From assembly GCA_040756235.1 (NCBI GenBank), contig JBFLZG010000051.1, forward strand, positions 8,727 to 72,726: 64,000 nucleotides of DNA. The letters run 5' to 3'. The stretch comes from a bacterium. GTDB taxonomy: Bacteria; Desulfobacterota; DSWW01. Both the position numbers and the translations under genes were made by a program. Below the pieces are notes generated by a model. That model saw only the letters and a program-made list of their open reading frames with translations, was not told where the DNA came from and did not search any database. Below are positions 38,093 to 47,544 of the stretch, piece after piece; within the stretch, counting starts at the first letter, position 1, and each line of letters opens with the position of its first letter.

Positions 38093-39820
38093 ATGGTAGG
38101 CAAAAATAAGACAAAAGAGCAGCTGATCACAGAACTCACCGAACTCCGACGAGAGTACCATGAATTGCAGTCAGAACTAGAGCAGACTAAACGGCCTTCG
38201 AATGCTGTGCCGGTGAAGGAGGATCTGCTGAGCATCCTAAATGAGAGTATACCTATTGTGACAGTTGTCCGCTCGCGCCCGGACGGAATCGTGGATTACA
38301 TGAGTCCTTCCATCAAGGCATTGGCGGGATACGAGCCATCCTGGTTCATAGGGAACACGATACCAGAAAAATATCCCTGGATCTTTCATCCCGATGATTA
38401 TCAAATACCGACAGAACGGCTAAGGAGGGAAATCGGTGGTGGCGAAAGAATACCGACACTGCTGAAATATCGTATTCGAACCAAAGCGGGCGACATGAAA
38501 TGGATTTGTCATTACGCCTTGCCCATCTACCGAGGGGACAGGCTGGCGGAGATCCTGGGCATCCTCAGTGAGGCGCCTGATGTGGGCGGCCAAATCCGGA
38601 TTCAGTCTCCTGCGGATTATTCATTTACCTTTGATGACCTTGTCGGTAAAGATCCTGGGTTCAGGAAATGCCTCGAGGACCTGAGGATCGCTGCAAACTC
38701 TGACCGTTCGATCTTGATCACCGGTGAGAGCGGAACAGGAAAGGAAATGTGTGCCCAGGCTGCTCACAACCATTCCAAAAGAGGCGATTCACCATTTATC
38801 CCCATCAATTGCGCAGCTATTCCCAAGGAGTTATTTGAATCCGAGTTGTTCGGTTATGTTGAGGGCGCCTTTTCAGGGGCAAGAAAAGGGGGGAATCCGG
38901 GGAAATTCGAACTCGCTGATGGAGGGACGCTGTTTCTCGATCAGATTGAGTCCATGCCACTGGAGATGCAACCGAAATTGTTGAGAGTACTAGAAGAGAA
39001 GCGGGTATGGAGGCTCGGGGGGAAAAAACCGAAACCCCTGGATGTGCGCCTGATTGCAGCTTCAAACATTGACCTTGAGCAGAGTATTCGTGAAGGGAGT
39101 TTCCGGGCAGACCTGTTTTACCGAATCAATGTTGTCAGCGTGAAGATCCCACCTTTGCGAGAACGAGGTGGCGATATCGCCTTGCTCGCAAAACACTTGA
39201 TCAAGAAATACATCCATTCACTCGAGGATATAGACACTTACTTGCCTCCACGGCTCCTTGAAGAAGTTCAATCTTATGAGTGGCCTGGAAATGTAAGAGA
39301 ACTGTCAAATTGGGTTGAGAGGCTTCTCACCTTCGAGCGTCGCGCGATCCATGCGGCGAGCCAGGCAGGCATGTCGTCCAAAGAGAGAGACACAGGCAAG
39401 TTTGATGAAATTCCTCCCCTGGCCAGCGTCGGTGTTATGAAGCTTAGTGAGGCGCAGGCTCTTTGCATTCGTGAGGCCATCTCCAGGAACAAAGGTAATC
39501 TGTCAAGAGCGGCAGCAGATCTCGAAATCAGTCGTGCAACGCTTTATCGCAAGATGTGTAAACTCAAGATACCTAAGAGCAAGGGAACGGCCGAAGAGGC
39601 AATACTGACAAGTCGTCGAGGAATCCCCGGTCTCCATGCCCTCCGGACCCAGAAATTGAAGGAGGCCGAATGCGTCTGTATAAGGAGTGCGCTTTCCAAG
39701 AATAGTGGCAATCTGAGGCGAGCGGCGGCGGATCTTGGAATCGCCCGCGAAACGCTCTACCGCAAGATATCGGATTTTGATATTGCTGTGGTAAAAGCGA
39801 CACCCAAGTCCTCCGATTGA
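38093..39820 (+). CDS. Sigma-54-dependent activator: PAS, AAA+, two tandem Fis-type HTH domains
   Basis: GESGTGKE, INCAA, ESELFG...GAFSGA, LFLDQI, FRADLFYRI, WPGNVREL; two GNL..AAADL.I.R.TLYRK motifs. Confidence 0.95.
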   Translation: MVGKNKTKEQLITELTELRREYHELQSELEQTKRPSNAVPVKEDLLSILNESIPIVTVVRSRPDGIVDYMSPSIKALAGYEPSWFIGNTIPEKYPWIFHPDDYQIPTERLRREIGGGERIPTLLKYRIRTKAGDMKWICHYALPIYRGDRLAEILGILSEAPDVGGQIRIQSPADYSFTFDDLVGKDPGFRKCLEDLRIAANSDRSILITGESGTGKEMCAQAAHNHSKRGDSPFIPINCAAIPKELFESELFGYVEGAFSGARKGGNPGKFELADGGTLFLDQIESMPLEMQPKLLRVLEEKRVWRLGGKKPKPLDVRLIAASNIDLEQSIREGSFRADLFYRINVVSVKIPPLRERGGDIALLAKHLIKKYIHSLEDIDTYLPPRLLEEVQSYEWPGNVRELSNWVERLLTFERRAIHAASQAGMSSKERDTGKFDEIPPLASVGVMKLSEAQALCIREAISRNKGNLSRAAADLEISRATLYRKMCKLKIPKSKGTAEEAILTSRRGIPGLHALRTQKLKEAECVCIRSALSKNSGNLRRAAADLGIARETLYRKISDFDIAVVKATPKSSD

Positions 39821-39910
39821 GATCGTCTATGAATTCCTCTGCCTAGGATCCCCTTCCCTTGTCTGTCGGTTCCTGCATCTATTTCCGCAAGTGAAGGATA
39901 GCGAACACAT

Positions 39911-40052
39911 TGTTTCGTTCCTGGACAATTGTGTACCTAACTGAGGCATCGTGACCTCTATTTAAGCGTACGAATGGTCCATCACTGAGACACTTCCTTC
40001 AGGCATGCCTCAGGTTGAATCACTCAAAAGAAGAATGTCTTATTGTTAGACA
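39911..40052. promoter_or_regulatory. Array of putative upstream activator sequences (TGT-N11-ACA-like)
   Basis: TGTTTCGTTCCTGGACA 39911, TGTACCTAACTGAGGCA 39932, GGTCCATCACTGAGACA 39976, TGCCTCAGGTTGAATCA 40006, TGTCTTATTGTTAGACA 40036. Confidence 0.6.
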
Positions 40053-40271
40053 CCGAAATGACTTCTTTCGGTACATTTACTGCGAGTCTCTTGCTCCCTT
40101 CCCACCCCTCCGTATCCAAGAGGACCGCTCTCACGATGTAGATGAGTTCCTTTTCCTTCGGGAGGCCTCCGCAAATCTGCAACGCTCTCGGGCCCTTCGC
40201 GCTAGCCGAGTCAGGTAGCCTCTTGTATGTCCTCATTCCTTCAGCAGCATCATCATTCGCAAGAAAGATTG

Positions 40272-40288
40272 CTGGCACGAACACTGCT
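40272..40288 (+). promoter_or_regulatory. Sigma-54 (-24/-12) promoter
   Basis: CTGGCACGAACACTGCT: GG 40274-40275, GC 40286-40287, exact N10 spacing, about 60 bp upstream of the DUF1302 gene. Confidence 0.8.
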
Positions 40289-40347
40289 GGGGATGTCGAA
40301 CGATTCGTATTTCGCTGTGCCCGCCGTCATTCAGCCTGGGGGGGGTG

Positions 40348-41904
40348 ATGGGAACAGGAAACTGGAAACTTGCCGTCGTGTTTTGGATGGTCGTGCTGGT
40401 CGCCGTGACTGGGAAGGCCTGGGCGGTGTACCTGGACGGGGACCGAACCCTCGAGTTCACGGGCAAGGCCCAGACCCGGGCCTCGATCCGCCTGCAGGAC
40501 TCGGAGGGGTTCACGGCTCCTCCGGGCATCTCGGTGGGCAACCTGGTCCAATGGCGGAGCATCGCCTACCTGGAGATCAACCACAACCTGGAGAAGCTCC
40601 AGGGCGAGCTGGGCATTCTGAAGCCCCTGAAGTGGCTCGAGCTGCGGACCAAGTACCACCTGGTGGGACGGTTCCTCTATGAAGCGGTCTACAACGTGGG
40701 GCCCGACGGGTTTCAGGATGCACGGGAAGACGACGAGGAGAACATCGACAGCTTCAAGCAGAGCTATGATCTGTGGGAGTTCTACGCGGATCTGTCCCGG
40801 GGCCCGTGGTTCTTCAGGCTGGGCAAGCAGAACCTGGCGTGGGGGGAGACGGACGTCTTCCGGTTGCTCGACCAGATCAACCCACTGGACAACACATACG
40901 GGGGCATCTTCGAGGACCTGGACGACCGGCGGATTCCGCTCTGGATGCTCCGGGGGAGCTACAATCTCGGGACCTTGGGACCGATCGACTCACTCACTCT
41001 GGAGGGTTTCTGGGTGCCCGGCGACTGGGACGTCCATGTCTCGCCCCTGGCGCCCTACGGCACGGCATACTCGGCGCCCTTGCCCGAGCTTCCGCCCCCG
41101 CTCCAGCAGCGGATCATCTACCCGGACAAGGACCTGTCGAACAGCCGCTGGGGCGTGCGGCTGACGGGCATGCTCTGGGGGGTGAACCTTTCGGCGGCCC
41201 ACTACAAGACCTTCACAGACCTGCCCACGCCGCTCTTCGTGATCGAGCCCGATCCTCCACCCCTTGGCAGCCCGTATCAGGAGTTGCGGTTCGACGACGT
41301 CCAGATCACAGGGGGCTCGCTGAATTTCTGGGAGTCCGTGACGGACACGGTATTCCGGGCCGAGGCGGCGTGGTTCTGGAGCGAGGCGGTCCTGATCCCG
41401 GACATCAACATCCCGATCCAGCCGTTGCCCATTCAGATTCCCGGCATACCGGGGATTCCTCACAACGGCCGGATCCCGGAAAAGGATTTCCTGAGGTACA
41501 TGATCGGCCTGGACAAGAACGTGTGGATCAGGCCCCTGAACCAGACCCAGACCTTTCTGGTCTCGATGCAGTATTTTGGCCAGTGGGTGTCCGACTATGA
41601 CCCGCGGATGCGGCAGGCCGTGCCGCTCTATCCGAAGGAGACGGAATTCCCGGCCGTGAGAGAGGTGGAGGGAACGATCACGATGCTGGCGAACACGCTC
41701 TACCTGAGCGGGCAGGTCATGCCGCAAATGGTGATGGGCTATGACGTGCGAGGGGCTTGGTTGCTCCAGCCCTCGGTGAACCTGATTCGAGAGCCCTTCA
41801 GGTTGATGATCCAGTACAGCGCGATCGTAGGCAACTTCACGGGTTTCGGCGTTTTCCGAGACCGGGACCAGATCAGCTTCAGTTTCAGCTACCTGCTGAA
41901 CTGA
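40348..41904 (+). CDS. DUF1302 family outer-membrane protein
   Basis: Signal peptide; LWEFYAD, RLGKQNLAWGETD.FRLLDQINPLD, C-terminal RDRDQISFSFSY; next to DUF1329. Confidence 0.85.
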   Translation: MGTGNWKLAVVFWMVVLVAVTGKAWAVYLDGDRTLEFTGKAQTRASIRLQDSEGFTAPPGISVGNLVQWRSIAYLEINHNLEKLQGELGILKPLKWLELRTKYHLVGRFLYEAVYNVGPDGFQDAREDDEENIDSFKQSYDLWEFYADLSRGPWFFRLGKQNLAWGETDVFRLLDQINPLDNTYGGIFEDLDDRRIPLWMLRGSYNLGTLGPIDSLTLEGFWVPGDWDVHVSPLAPYGTAYSAPLPELPPPLQQRIIYPDKDLSNSRWGVRLTGMLWGVNLSAAHYKTFTDLPTPLFVIEPDPPPLGSPYQELRFDDVQITGGSLNFWESVTDTVFRAEAAWFWSEAVLIPDINIPIQPLPIQIPGIPGIPHNGRIPEKDFLRYMIGLDKNVWIRPLNQTQTFLVSMQYFGQWVSDYDPRMRQAVPLYPKETEFPAVREVEGTITMLANTLYLSGQVMPQMVMGYDVRGAWLLQPSVNLIREPFRLMIQYSAIVGNFTGFGVFRDRDQISFSFSYLLN

Positions 41905-41974
41905 GTTAGGAGAGCAATGGAGAACATTCCCATGAGCAACCTCTTTCAACAGACTCTTTCGAAGGAGAACGAAA

Positions 41975-43273
41975 ATGAAATCCCTCAAGTGGCTCCGAGT
42001 ATTGCTGATAGTTCTCGGGCTCTTACCGTTTCTCACCTCCGAGGTTCCTGGCCAGGAAGCCTGCAGGGAGGTCATCGACAAGACGAACTGGAAAGAGATA
42101 GACGGGCGGGTGCCCGACCCGCTCATGGAATGGGTGAAGAACGGGGATTTCGTTCTGCACGTGGACGAGCTGACGTACGCCCCGGCCGAATATTGGCCAT
42201 CCTTTGTACTGGAATCCCGTGCGGCCAATATCGGGAAGTATGCGTTGGATGAGAACGATGTGATCGTCGACGCAAAAACAGGCGAGCTGGCGAGATCCGT
42301 CATGGGTATCCCTTTTCCCAATGTCGATCCGGCAGACCCAAAGGCGGCCGCAAAGGTCATCTACAACAAACATTATGTGTCCTTCAGTTCGGGCCACAAA
42401 CGCTTCACGACCAATATTGCCTGGATAGGCCGTTCCGGTTTTGAGCGAGAAGTGGAGGGATTCTTTATCGAGGCATACATGACAGGGTTCCCCGGAGCGG
42501 AAAGGATTCCGAACCCAAGGGACATAGAGCGGTACAACATCATCACCGTGAAGAAGCCCTATGATTTGGCCGGCACCTCGGTGATGCTCTGGCGATACCT
42601 CTCGGCAAAGGACGACGTCAACTTCAGCTACGTGCCTGCCATCCGCCGGGTGCGCCGTACGACGCCGGCGAACCGATCCGACGGCTTCCTGGGCTCGGAT
42701 TTTGCCCAGGACGACATGACGGGCTATGACGGGAAGACCCCGGCCTTTGAATGGAAGGTGATCGGGGAGCGAGACGTGCTGGCCCCCTATGCGTACACCT
42801 ACCCGATTCCCATGTCACGAACGCAGAAAGGGGAATGGTTGATGGGCCGGGGAGTGGAGGGGATACACTATGCCTATCAAGATGGGAACACGAGCGTCGC
42901 GCCCTGGTGTCCTATGAACACGGTCTTTGTGAAGCGATCAGCGTGGCTGGTCGAGGGCAAGGCGAGAGATCCGTACTACAACTATGGCACCCAGTACCTC
43001 TGGATCGACAAGGAGCTGTGGTGGCCCGTTTACAAGGTGATCCACACTCGGTCGGGAGAGTTCTGGAAATTCCTTCTGATCACAACGATCGCCCTGGAAA
43101 ACAAGGAAACGAAGGATCGACTTGTGCTGGCTGTGGACCAGCTGATCGTGGATGTGACTCGGGACCACGCCACGTACACGAAACAAGTGCACCCTTCGGC
43201 CAGCATGACGATGTTCGCAGTCGTGGACCTGAACGACTTCACCCTCGGAGGCTTCCAGAAGTACTGCAAATAG
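41975..43273 (+). CDS. DUF1329 family secreted protein
   Basis: Signal peptide; GIPFP, YVPAIRRVRR, GSDFAQDD; paralogue of 12742-14043. Confidence 0.85.
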   Translation: MKSLKWLRVLLIVLGLLPFLTSEVPGQEACREVIDKTNWKEIDGRVPDPLMEWVKNGDFVLHVDELTYAPAEYWPSFVLESRAANIGKYALDENDVIVDAKTGELARSVMGIPFPNVDPADPKAAAKVIYNKHYVSFSSGHKRFTTNIAWIGRSGFEREVEGFFIEAYMTGFPGAERIPNPRDIERYNIITVKKPYDLAGTSVMLWRYLSAKDDVNFSYVPAIRRVRRTTPANRSDGFLGSDFAQDDMTGYDGKTPAFEWKVIGERDVLAPYAYTYPIPMSRTQKGEWLMGRGVEGIHYAYQDGNTSVAPWCPMNTVFVKRSAWLVEGKARDPYYNYGTQYLWIDKELWWPVYKVIHTRSGEFWKFLLITTIALENKETKDRLVLAVDQLIVDVTRDHATYTKQVHPSASMTMFAVVDLNDFTLGGFQKYCK

Positions 43274-43294
43274 GTTTCGTCAGGAGGGGAGACC

Positions 43295-44260
43295 ATGAAG
43301 GCAGATCAAATAGAGACCGTCTCCGTCTTCGGCGGGGGTAACATAGGCAACGGCATTGTACACAGCTTTGCTCAAGCCGGAATATCCGTCCGTGTCATTG
43401 ACGTGGACAAGCGAAGATTGGACGCATGTCTCTCTCAGGTAGACGCGAACCTGAGGCTGTTCCGGGAATTCGGTCTGCTGGATGAAGATCCCTCCTCGGT
43501 GACGGCAAGAATTGCACCTGTCCTGGCAAAGGACCTTCCCAAGGCGATGAAGGATTGCCATTTTGTCGTCGAAGCGATCCCGGAAAACCTGGAGCTCAAG
43601 AAGCAGTTGTTTGCTCAATTGGACTCCTGCCCTGAGGACGTCATTCTCGCCAGCAACACCAGCAGTTTTCCCATTACCGACATTGCGGAGGGATGCCGCA
43701 CCGCTGGTAGGGTCATCGGTCTTCACTATTTCAATCCTGCCCACATCATGCCCCTGGTGGAAATACATTATGGCCCTCAGACGACGCTCGAAACAATCGA
43801 TTCGACCAAGGCCTTCATGCTGAGAGTCGGCAAGAGACCTATCCTGGTCAGAAAGTCCATACCCGGCTTCGTGGTGAATCGTATCCAGGCGGCAATTGGC
43901 CGGGAAATCGACTATCTGGTCAGCACCGGGGTCGTATCGCCCGAGGACGTAGACATTGCGACCAAGGCATCCTACGGGTTTCGGTATGCCAATATCGGCC
44001 CCTACGAGTTCATTGATACGGCCGGCCTGGATTTGCTCTTCCTGGTCTCGAGCAGGCTTTACGGGGAACTGAGCAACGCAACCCAACCCTCCGCCATGTG
44101 GGCCGAAAAGGTCAAGCGGAATGAGCTCGGAATGAAGACGCGTCACGGCTGGTACGACTGGAGCGGGAAGTCGGCTCTGGAATTCATGGATGGGCAGAAC
44201 AGGAGACTGCTCAAGCAGTTGGCTTTGTTTGAATCGTTTGAGCAGGGAACGAATACGTAG
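43295..44260 (+). CDS. 3-hydroxyacyl-CoA dehydrogenase family protein
   Basis: GGGNIGNGI, VVEAIPENLELK, LASNTSS, GLHYFNPAHIMPLVE, PGFVVNRIQ. Confidence 0.95.
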   Translation: MKADQIETVSVFGGGNIGNGIVHSFAQAGISVRVIDVDKRRLDACLSQVDANLRLFREFGLLDEDPSSVTARIAPVLAKDLPKAMKDCHFVVEAIPENLELKKQLFAQLDSCPEDVILASNTSSFPITDIAEGCRTAGRVIGLHYFNPAHIMPLVEIHYGPQTTLETIDSTKAFMLRVGKRPILVRKSIPGFVVNRIQAAIGREIDYLVSTGVVSPEDVDIATKASYGFRYANIGPYEFIDTAGLDLLFLVSSRLYGELSNATQPSAMWAEKVKRNELGMKTRHGWYDWSGKSALEFMDGQNRRLLKQLALFESFEQGTNT

Positions 44261-44277
44261 CGCGCGGGGGACTTCTC

Positions 44278-45573
44278 ATGAAACAATCAGTCGTTTCCAT
44301 AGCCAAGGGAACAGATGCGGGGAAGATGGTGGAGGAAGCCCTCTCCCTTCTCGGCGGGGTGGATTCGTTGATAAAGCCGAAATCGGTCGTAGTCTTGAAA
44401 CCCAATGCAGGTCATCCTTGTGCGCCGGAAACGAGCGTCTGCACGAGCCCGGAATTCGTTGCAGCAGTGATCCAGGCAATACGCAAGGCACAGCCCAGGG
44501 AGATCATCCTGGCAGAAGCGGCTGCAATCGGATGCGACACCATGGACTGCTTTGAGGTGAGTGGTATCGGCAAGGCTGCAAGGGACGCCGGCATAGACGG
44601 GATTATCGACATCAAGGGTGAGAAGGATCTCATTCGCTTTCCCATTCGAGATGCCAGATCCGATCTCACCAGGTTACGTCTGCCCAGGTTTCTCGTGGAG
44701 GCTGATCACATTGTGAATCTTCCTATCTTTAAATCCCATAGCTGTATGCAATTCACCTGCGCCCTGAAGAACATCAAGGGGGTGGTCGAGGACGCGGTTC
44801 ATTACCAGATGCACCAAACCGATCTCGCCGCCGCCATGATGGACGTATGGTCCGTCGTAAAGTCCGACCTTACGATAGCGGATCTCATTCGACCCGCAGA
44901 GGGCTTCGGGCCCCACTCAACTCTTCCCGTGGACTTCGGTTGTGTTGTCGCAGGGAAGGATCCGGTAGCGGTGGATGCCACGGCTTGCCGGATGGTCGGC
45001 CTGGACATCGACAAGGTAGCCTATTTTCATGCTGCCCGTGAGCGTGGCCTCGGAAGCTTTGAGGAGAACCTCATCGAAATCCGCGGCAGAACGATAGAGG
45101 AAGTATTCAAGCAACTCTGGTTGCCCTACTTCGGAGGTTTTGAGCAATGGCCCGAATACCATATTCATGCCGAAGGTGCCTGCAGCAGTTGTCAGGGTCT
45201 ACTGGCACATACCCTTGAATGGCTGAAGGCTTTGGGCGAGTACGATAAGAACTCCGGCATTTCCATTGTTCTGGGGAAGACCAGGGAACTGCCCAAAGGA
45301 GTGGATCCCCGGAATCTGATCGTCATGGGCGACTGTGTGAAGAAGTTCCGCCACGAAGGCGTATATGCGCCCGGGTGTCCGCCCGTCGAGGCAGGCCCCC
45401 TTTGGGCGATCCTTGATCGAAGGACCCGGGTGGAGCTGCAAGACTACGATTTCGACGCCAGAGCCAGACATACGGAACAGTCAGAGATCTTCCATGGCTA
45501 CATGGTCAAAATGAAACAGAGATTCGATGAGGCCCAGAAGAAGGATGGAAAGAGCAAGAAAGGGAAATCGTAG
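44278..45573 (+). CDS. DUF362 domain Fe-S protein
   Basis: VVLKPN, NLPIFKSH, TCALKNIKG, DPVAVDA, ACSSC, GDC, PGCPP. Confidence 0.88.
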   Translation: MKQSVVSIAKGTDAGKMVEEALSLLGGVDSLIKPKSVVVLKPNAGHPCAPETSVCTSPEFVAAVIQAIRKAQPREIILAEAAAIGCDTMDCFEVSGIGKAARDAGIDGIIDIKGEKDLIRFPIRDARSDLTRLRLPRFLVEADHIVNLPIFKSHSCMQFTCALKNIKGVVEDAVHYQMHQTDLAAAMMDVWSVVKSDLTIADLIRPAEGFGPHSTLPVDFGCVVAGKDPVAVDATACRMVGLDIDKVAYFHAARERGLGSFEENLIEIRGRTIEEVFKQLWLPYFGGFEQWPEYHIHAEGACSSCQGLLAHTLEWLKALGEYDKNSGISIVLGKTRELPKGVDPRNLIVMGDCVKKFRHEGVYAPGCPPVEAGPLWAILDRRTRVELQDYDFDARARHTEQSEIFHGYMVKMKQRFDEAQKKDGKSKKGKS

Positions 45574-45632
45574 CCACAGTATCTACAACCAAACGTGCAG
45601 GCCCATAAGACGGAAGTGTGGGGGGATCCTAA

Positions 45633-46589
45633 ATGGCAAGACCCAAGAACAAGCTAATCATCACCGCGGCAGTGACCGGAACGGTTCACATTCCCACAAT
45701 GAGCGAGTTTCTGCCCATCACACCGGACCAGATTGCGGAAGACGCGGTAAAAGCCCATGAGGCGGGAGCCGCCATTGCGCACATCCACGCACGCGACCCG
45801 TCGAATGGTATGCCCAATGCCAGCGTAGAGATCTTCCATGAGGTGGCAAGCAAGATCAAGGGAAGATGTGACATGATCGTGCTTCCCACGACGGGGGGCG
45901 GGGCAAACCAGACTGCTGAGGAGAAGCTCAGAGTCGTTCAGAAACTCCAGCCCGAAATGTGCTCCTTTGACCCGGCACCCTTCAACCTGGGTCTCTTCCA
46001 TCTCGCCGAACGCTACGAAGGCAAGTTCAAGTATGACTGGGAACCGCACTTCCTGGAGCTTACCAAGCACGGCGGTATCTACATGACCTTTCAGGACGAC
46101 CTGACATATGCCAGGACCTTCCTGGACCTCGGCATCAAGCCGGAATTCGAGCTGTATGAGCTCGGGCACGTCGGTTATGTGGAATGGCTTCTCCGAGAAG
46201 GCCTGGTGAAGACCCCGGTACACCTTCAGTATGTCTTCGGACCCATCATCGGCTGGATGACGCCGTCAGTCAAACACCTTCTCCTCCTGCATGAAGAGGC
46301 TGTCGAGCGACTCAGCGCTGTTGGTTGCGGAGACTTCACCTGGTCGGTCGCAGCAGGAGGCAGATGGCAAATCCCCTTGGCCGCAGCCGCCATGGCGATG
46401 GAGGCTCCCAACGTGAGAGTCGGCTTGGAAGACTCTCTCTACGCCGGGAGGGGAGTACTGGCCAAATCAAGCGCCGACCAGGTGAGAATGGTGGTCAACA
46501 TTGCCAGGGAAATGAGCCTGCAACCTGCCACCCCGGAAGAGGCGAGAGAAATCCTCGGGTTGAAGGGGATAGACAAGGTGAACTTCTAG
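45633..46589 (+). CDS. Beta-keto acid cleavage enzyme (BKACE/Kce, DUF849 family)
   Basis: IITAAVTG, LPITPDQIA, AGAAIAHIHAR, TTGG, KPEFELY, VRVGLEDS. Confidence 0.95.
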   Translation: MARPKNKLIITAAVTGTVHIPTMSEFLPITPDQIAEDAVKAHEAGAAIAHIHARDPSNGMPNASVEIFHEVASKIKGRCDMIVLPTTGGGANQTAEEKLRVVQKLQPEMCSFDPAPFNLGLFHLAERYEGKFKYDWEPHFLELTKHGGIYMTFQDDLTYARTFLDLGIKPEFELYELGHVGYVEWLLREGLVKTPVHLQYVFGPIIGWMTPSVKHLLLLHEEAVERLSAVGCGDFTWSVAAGGRWQIPLAAAAMAMEAPNVRVGLEDSLYAGRGVLAKSSADQVRMVVNIAREMSLQPATPEEAREILGLKGIDKVNF

Positions 46590-46624
46590 CCTGGACCCAA
46601 CAGAGAGGAAAGGAGAACAGCGAC

Positions 46625-47470
46625 ATGTCACTGACAAGCTTCATACCGGATCCCAAGTTTGATGAGTACAAGGAGAAATTCAACGAACATTTCTTCATGA
46701 AGCGCAAGGATGGCATTATCGAAGTTCGAATGCACACCCAAGGACAGGAGGCCAAGTGGAGCCTGGAACTACACCGAGCTTTGCCCCAGATGTTCGAAGT
46801 GGTTGGAGCCGATCGTGAGAATGAGGTCATGATCCTGACAGGCACCGGTAACACCTGGATCGCTTCCCTCGATCAGGAAAGCTTCGACGCTATCGAACAT
46901 GAAGGTGAGTCGGGGTTCAAACAGTTCAGCTACGATATGTACTACCATGATGCCACGAAGCTGGTAGAGAAGCCGCTCTGGGATCTGGATATTCCGACCA
47001 TTTCCGTAATCAACGGCCCCGGGTTCCATACCGAGTTTGCATTGACCTGCGATCTGACCATCTGTTCCGAGGATGCCCAATTCATCGACCCTCACCTCTA
47101 TGCGGGCCTGGCGCCGGGTGACGGCCAGTTCCTTGTGTTCCAGCAATTGCTTGGGCTCAAGCGTGCCAACTACGCTATGTACATGATCCAGAACCTCGAT
47201 GCCAAGAGAGCCCTGGAGTGGGGGCTGGTCAATGAAGTCCTTCCGAGGGAGAAGCTGCTGGACCGCGCATGGGAGCTCGCCGAAACGGTTGTCAACCGGA
47301 ACCCCCGTATCGTCCGCCGTATGACGACCCAGATCGCAAAGCGTCCCTGGAGACGTCTCTTTACGGATGACTTTTCGATGCATATTGCCCACGAAATGTA
47401 CGCGATTCACATATCCATGCAGCAACACGGTGGAAAGTCGGCTGACTCGCTGTGGAAGAAGAAGAAATAG
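46625..47470 (+). CDS. Crotonase-superfamily beta-diketone hydrolase, 6-oxocamphor hydrolase-like
   Basis: VRMHT.G, ELH, DRENEVMILTGTG, INGPGFHTE, DPHLYAGLAPGDG, GLVNEV, AHE; ATG 46625 follows AAGGAG. Confidence 0.85.
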   Translation: MSLTSFIPDPKFDEYKEKFNEHFFMKRKDGIIEVRMHTQGQEAKWSLELHRALPQMFEVVGADRENEVMILTGTGNTWIASLDQESFDAIEHEGESGFKQFSYDMYYHDATKLVEKPLWDLDIPTISVINGPGFHTEFALTCDLTICSEDAQFIDPHLYAGLAPGDGQFLVFQQLLGLKRANYAMYMIQNLDAKRALEWGLVNEVLPREKLLDRAWELAETVVNRNPRIVRRMTTQIAKRPWRRLFTDDFSMHIAHEMYAIHISMQQHGGKSADSLWKKKK

Positions 47471-47544
47471 CAGCCGGCTCCCATCGGTCCGACCTTGTTC
47501 TCTCAGGCTCAATCTCCTCTTTTAGCATGATGCGGTGGACGACC

